From Thecamonas trahens ATCC 50062 (lineage: Eukaryota > Protista > Apusomonadida): a DNA stretch of 64,000 nucleotides. Of the stretch, positions 58,876 to 64,000 are shown one piece after another. Numbering within the stretch: position 1 is the stretch's first letter; every line of letters begins with the position of its first letter. The stretch spans positions 185,208-249,207 of the forward strand of contig NW_013657640.1 of NCBI RefSeq assembly GCF_000142905.1. The letters run 5' to 3'. Below the pieces are notes generated by a model that did not search any database, had not been told where the DNA came from, and saw nothing but the letters and a program-made list of their open reading frames with translations. Made by a program: the position numbers and the translations under genes.

Positions 58876-59524
58876 TGGTGGTGGTGACGGCGACGGCGAT
58901 GGCGAGTCCGATGACGATGGTACCATGGTGATGGCGAGCATTCCGGCTGGTCAGGTTGGTGATGCCGAAGCTGATCCAGCCTTCTACATCCACAAGCCGA
59001 ACGATCTTCGGCCGTTCTATACCCTCGCCACCGAGGGCATGTCGTACTTTGCCATGGATGTCATACCGGAGGTCGGCCCGGTCGAGGTGCGGCGAGAGTT
59101 GGAGCGGGTCGAGTTTATGATGTATCTTCCGCACGATTGGGTTCCGGCTGGGCATCTTGGTGATGAACTCAACGAGAGCAACTGGCCGTTCTACGCGATG
59201 AGGGCCTTGTGCTCGTGGATCTCGCAGACCCGGACGTGGATCGGCGAGGGCCACACGGTTCCAATGTATTTGGACGGCACGCCGGCAGTGCCCGGCTCGC
59301 AGCTGACCCACATGCTCTTCCTCCCGCCGGTCCTCTTTGAGCACCCGGAGTTTGCGTTCTGCAAAGTGGACGACCAGCTCTCGTTCAACATGCTTGTCAT
59401 CGTGCCGATCACCAAGCCGGAGTGGGAGCTGAAGCGCAGCGGCGGGCTGGACGCGCTCGTGCCGCTCCTCGAGTCGGGTGAGATTCCGACCGTTGTTGAC
59501 ATCCATCGCTCGTCTGCGGTGTAG
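58688..59524 (+). CDS. Stand-alone SUFU-domain protein of the bacterial (immunity-protein-like) type
   Basis: YTLATEGMS...RVEFMMYLP..W...WP...W.G.GHTVP...LVIVPIT..EWELK...GLDAL...VVDIHRSS. Confidence 0.75.
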
Positions 59525-59536
59525 CAAGCCGTGACA

Positions 59537-61114
59537 CTAAATGACCTTGACGTTGGCAAAGGTGCCGAGGTAGGGAATGACGTCGTCGTCGTCGTCATCG
59601 TCGTCGTCGGACTCGACGCTGACGCGTGCGGGCTCTGCCGGCGCGTGCAGGTTTGTCGCGGACGGGGTGCGCGACTTGTAGCCTGCAGGATCTGGGAGGA
59701 TGTGCATGTCAACCTTGGAGGCAAAGCGGACCATGGTGGTGCGCTTGGGCGCCGAGGACGAGGCGACGCTGGAGACGGCGGCCGAGTCGTCGTCGTCCGA
59801 CTCGGAGGTGTGCGAGTGAGCGGCGGCGACCTGGGCGCGGAGGCGTTCGAGGCCACGCTGCAGCGCCATGCCATGCATCTCGACGTCGTGAAGCTTGGAC
59901 TGGAGAAACTGGTGCTCGGCCGCACGCTCAGCGCGCTCGGCCTCGAGCAGGGTGAGCTGCTCCTGGACACGTGCGGCAAGCTTCTCGTTCTCGCGCATGG
60001 CGTTGTCCATCAGGCGCCGCATGTCCTCCATCATCTCGTACTGGTGCGACTCGACGACCGTGTTGACCCGCATGAGGGCGGTGACCGAGTCGACCGAGTC
60101 GACCGACCCGCGACGGGAGCGGCCGCGGCTGGCCGACCGGCGGTCGGCCGAGTCGCGACCGCGGCTCGAGTCACGCCGCAACATGCTGGCGTCCTCCATG
60201 TACAGTGAGAGATCACCCAGCGAAGTTCCCTCATCGCCCCAGAGCGAGATCTGTGAGTTGCGCCGGCCGGAGAGGACCGATGCGGTGTCGTCGCCGCCGC
60301 CCCCGGTTGACGGGCGGTGGCGAGCCTTTCGGATCGAGTGCCGGAGCTCGACAAGCGTCCGCTTCCGCCCGACTGCGGTTCGAGTCGAGGTCTCGGACAG
60401 GTCCGACATGTCGGTGTAGGTCGACATGGCCGAGCCAGGGCGGTGGGTCCTGGCGCGGACAATGAGAGAGGCCACCTTTTTGAAGACCCACATCTCGGTC
60501 GACGAGTCGCATGGGTCCTGGTTCCGGGCGCGGACGCGAGTCCGCAAATGACGGCGAAACACGGTCATGGTGGGGTGGTGCAGAAGCGCCGGTGGGAGCG
60601 AGACCAGATCTGGGTTGCCGCGCAGGTAGATGTCGTGAAGCTGTGAGAGCCGAAGCAAAGCCCGGAAAGGCAGCTGCTGCAAGCGGTTGTCCTCGAGTGC
60701 CAGCTCGCGCAGCTCGGTGCAAAACCCGATCGACTCTGGAACTGACATCAAATGGTTCGACGAGGCGTACAGCGCTTGAAGATTGACCAAGCCGGCCAGC
60801 GGCGGGAGGGCGACGAGCTTGTTGCCCGAGACCGAGAGAACCTCCAGCGACTCGAGCAGCTCGAGCTCGGCAGGCAAGTACGCCAGATTGTTGTTGTTGA
60901 GATACAGCTTTTTCAGCCGGCGGACGGTAAAGACCGAAAGCGGAAAAGTGACGATGGCATTGTGGTTGAGATACAGCGCCGAGAGCAGGACGAGCGACGA
61001 AAAGTCGACGTCGTCCAGCGAGACGATCTCGTTCCAGCCCAGCATGAGGGCGGTTGCACGGAACTTGGACATGACATTGCTGTAGAGCCGCGCACATGTC
61101 AACCGAGTATTCAT
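59537..61114 (-). CDS. Leucine-rich repeat protein with a C-terminal coiled coil; start uncertain
   Basis: About 6 LxxLxLxxNxL repeats (LYLNHNAI, LYLNNNNL, LSVSGNKL, LYASSNHL, LALEDNRL, IYLRGNP). Confidence 0.85.
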   Translation of the reverse strand: MNTRLTCARLYSNVMSKFRATALMLGWNEIVSLDDVDFSSLVLLSALYLNHNAIVTFPLSVFTVRRLKKLYLNNNNLAYLPAELELLESLEVLSVSGNKLVALPPLAGLVNLQALYASSNHLMSVPESIGFCTELRELALEDNRLQQLPFRALLRLSQLHDIYLRGNPDLVSLPPALLHHPTMTVFRRHLRTRVRARNQDPCDSSTEMWVFKKVASLIVRARTHRPGSAMSTYTDMSDLSETSTRTAVGRKRTLVELRHSIRKARHRPSTGGGGDDTASVLSGRRNSQISLWGDEGTSLGDLSLYMEDASMLRRDSSRGRDSADRRSASRGRSRRGSVDSVDSVTALMRVNTVVESHQYEMMEDMRRLMDNAMRENEKLAARVQEQLTLLEAERAERAAEHQFLQSKLHDVEMHGMALQRGLERLRAQVAAAHSHTSESDDDDSAAVSSVASSSAPKRTTMVRFASKVDMHILPDPAGYKSRTPSATNLHAPAEPARVSVESDDDDDDDDDVIPYLGTFANVKVI

Positions 61115-61721
61115 CGCATGTGTGATCCGTGTGTCGCCGTGTCAGCGTGTCGCCGTGTCAGCGTGTCGCCGTGTCCGTCGTGCCCCCGTCCGTCAGTCAG
61201 TTGGCCGCTGGCCGCTGCCGCTGCCGCACCAACCTGCTTCCCTCTCCCCTCCCCCCTCCAGCTCGTCCTCCCCCTCCAGCTCGTCCTCCCCATGGTAATG
61301 TTCTTATGAGCCACGGGCGACTGCACCGCACAATATAACGACGAAGCCCAAAAAAGGAAGAACAAGTTGGACTCGTCTTCATCTTTCCAGAAAAAGAAAT
61401 ACGGAATCTTAATTCGGAGGAATTAAGTGTCTTAAACACACGCAAGGCCGCCCAGTCGGAAGCGAATACAACACCTCGTCGGCACGCTTTAATTCAGCGT
61501 CATATCGCGAAAACTGCGCTAGAGTNNNNNNNNNNNNNNNNNNNNNNNNNNNNNNNNNNNNNNNNNNNNNNNNNNNNNNNNNNNNNNNNNNNNNNNNNNN
61601 NNNNNNNNNNNNNNNNNNNNNNNNNGGTACTAACTCGCCCCCTCACCCCCCCTCCAACACCCCCCCCAAACACCCCCCCTCCCGCACGCGGCAAATCGGA
61701 CCATACCGTTTACACTCGCAC

Positions 61722-64000
61722 TCACAACGCATCCACCAGAAAGCCGCCCTTCTTGTGGAGGGCAGAGGTGATGTTGGAGGAGAGGATCTGGGACAAGAGC
61801 TTGCGCCACATGGTGGCCTGACCGCGGAGGGTGAGCTGGCCCGAGGCGATGGCGGCCTCGAGCTCGGCGAGCGCGTCGGGGTTACGCCGTTGAGCTGAAG
61901 AAAGACCGAGCGGAGCGGATCCATGTCGTCCATCTTCTCGCCAAGGGTGCAGTAGACAAGGTGGATGGCGTCGACAACCTTGCGGATGTGGGTCTCGTCC
62001 TCGACAAGCGTAGCGCTGTGAAGCATGGCGGGGAGGAGTTCCGAGGCGAGGAACTGGCAGAACTCGCCGTCTGCAGAGAACATGGGCACCATGCGCTCAC
62101 AGAGCAGGAAGCCGATAATCATCGAGGCCGGCAGCGGCCACTTGAGGAGGTTGAGGGCGGCGCTGGCAAACTCGGACGCGAGGTTCGAGGCCAGGAACTG
62201 AGCCTCGAGTGGCGCGTCCACCTCGGTCGATCCGACGGTTGCTAGGCGGAACGAGAGGCCGCGGAGGAAGGAGGCAAAGGCAAGCGTTGCCTTGCGCAGC
62301 TCGTTCTCCATCTGAATCTCGGCCTTGGCGTCCTCGGCCGACTCGCGGCCCGAGTCCGACGCAAGCGCCACCCACGCCGTGTCGAGCCGCGACTGCACAA
62401 ACTCGATGAACGGCTTGATGACCGGGAAGAGAATGTCGGGCTTGAGCTCGTCGGGCGCCTTACGCCGCAGCGTGGCCATCACGTCCGAGATGAGGGTGCA
62501 GAGGACGGCGACCGGGATGTTGTCAATGTTGGAAAAGACGGTCGAGAGCAGGGCCTCGCCCACGCCGGGCACCTCGAAGAACGACGACGACCGCATGAGG
62601 CATGCCAACAGCGACAGCGCCTCCTGGTGGGTGTTGACGAGCCACCACTTCATGATGACCAGCTGCTCCTTGGGCGACTCGAGGAGCGAGAGCGAGCCCA
62701 GCTTGGACTCGTTCGAGTCGTCAGCGTGCGCGTCCTCCAGGATCGTCAGCAGTTCGCCGTATGCCTCGGGCAGCTGGCCGGCGACGTTGGGCGTGTAGAA
62801 CTCGTTGAGCGCCGAAATGACCGAGAAGAGCGGGCCGAGAATGACCTGGTGATACGGCGCGAGCGCCGAGACTTGCCAGTTGGTGGAGAGCATGGCCACT
62901 GCCTTCATGACCGCAAGCAGAAAGTGGATCCGCTCACGGATGGTGAGCGCCGCCGAGGTGCCAAACGGCGCCACGCCGGAGCCGTACGCTTCGGAGAGCG
63001 AGCCGTCAAGCCCGAGCGCACTAGCTAGCGCAGCACCCGAGCCCATGACCTCGCCCAGCTCGTCCGACGACCACTCGGTGAGAATCGGGTCCAGAATCGA
63101 GTTGATGACCCGGGTCTGCAGCTCGCCGTCGGCAGACTTGGAGAGGATAAACAGGACCGCGCGATAGAGGCCGATGAGCTCGGCCCGCCGGAGCAGGCCG
63201 GCCTCGCGCATACGCGACGTCACCTCCCACAGCGAGCTGAGGTGGTGCAGGAGCGGCTTGCCCGCGTCGATGGCAAGCGCAACAAGCGCGTGAACCGCGC
63301 GGTCGCGGAGCTGGGTCGTCGTTCCGGACAGCTCGTCGAGCGAGACTGACTCCTCGGCCGGGAGCCGGAAGGTGAGGAACTGCAGGCAGTGCTCAAAGAC
63401 CGCCGAGACCGACGAAGTGTGGATCGAGAGATACGGCGCAAAGGCCTCGAGCAGGGCCAGGTGGCGGCCGGCTATGTGCGGCGACGTCGACGAAAAGGCA
63501 AGGACGCCAAGGAGCAAGCCTTCGAGGGTGTCGACCACGGAGTTACGGGCCTGGGCCTCGGACGCCGAATCGGCGTGATACGACCGGACCTGCGACTCGG
63601 ACATGACGGCGAGGAGGCGAGCCTCGGTCTCGGCGCCGCCGGTAGCGGCGACCAGCGGCCGGAGGTAGTGCTGCGAGATCGCGGAGAGGACCGAGCCAAG
63701 CATGAGGCCTGCGCCGTTGAGCGCAATCCACGCCGGGTGATCGTTAGAGCAGTTGGCGCCGTCGTTGTGGCCCGACTCGGGCAGGACGCCCTCAAAGACG
63801 TACTGGATAAACTGGGCAGTGTAGTCGATAGCGAGCGGGCCGTCGAGCCGGGTGATGGCACGCATCAACGCCTGCCCGCGCCGGCGGATCCGGCGCACCT
63901 CCTTCTTCACCTCGTCCTCCGAGTCAAAGTCGAGGGTGGCGATGGTGGCGTTTGGCGCCTCACCCAGCAGCGGGTTCGACAGCGTCAGCAGGTTGGTGGC
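61722..64000 (-). CDS. Exportin-5-like HEAT-repeat karyopherin, 3' part; frameshift near 61880
   Basis: Long helical ORF with an XPO5-like C-terminal pattern; adding one C gives TPDALAELEAAI...WRKLLSQIL...DAL-stop. Confidence 0.6.

Noticed and set aside
41274-59524. Prophage or bacterial contamination suggested by lysozyme, TerD, DUF72 and SUFU
   Set aside because: Three of the four have spliceosomal introns, and all are interleaved with eukaryotic genes of similar composition; no phage structural or integrase genes
61408-61427. Hairpin CTTAATTC-GGAG-GAATTAAG in AT-rich intergenic DNA
   Set aside because: A single 8-bp stem with no supporting context
35-63861. Hundreds of long overlapping antisense or alternative-frame ORFs
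   Set aside because: Expected shadows of high-GC coding DNA; low-complexity R/A/S/P translations without domains
676-64000. Cluster of nuclear-transport genes (NUP62, THOC1, importin-like, exportin-5)
   Set aside because: Spread over 60 kb among unrelated genes; consistent with chance

Overview
GC-rich, very gene-dense, intron-poor eukaryotic nuclear DNA from a protist. An apusomonad such as Thecamonas is a plausible but unproven guess, based on GC content, compactness and draft-style N gaps. About 26 protein-coding genes are present. Conserved housekeeping genes: NUP62, eIF5, THOC1, WDR48, VPS13, COG8, SMAP-type ArfGAP, ANKRD39, MAPR/PGRMC, PAQR, mitochondrial uL1, FAM91A1 and exportin-5. 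I reconstructed 11 complete spliceosomal introns by hand, all near 5' ends, with GTAYGN donors (one GTAGGT), plus one acceptor whose donor falls in a gap. Most notable: (i) a saposin-B domain fused in cis to an acid-ceramidase-type Ntn hydrolase, next to a secreted, intron-containing T4-type (GH24) lysozyme; (ii) a calmodulin-lobe / importin-alpha-like ARM / PB1 / NCS-type EF-hand fusion protein; (iii) a TerD domain heading a ~2,350-aa repetitive coiled-coil; (iv) a head-to-head pair of bacterial-type genes (DUF72 and a stand-alone SUFU domain); (v) a recurrent non-coding motif AAAAAGGTCGT(RGTT(T)CGCC). Six genes-internal frameshifts are each explained by one missing base in a homopolymer and are probably assembly errors. 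No rRNA, tRNA, CRISPR array or transposon was recognised. All family calls come from motif recognition by eye, not database searches.
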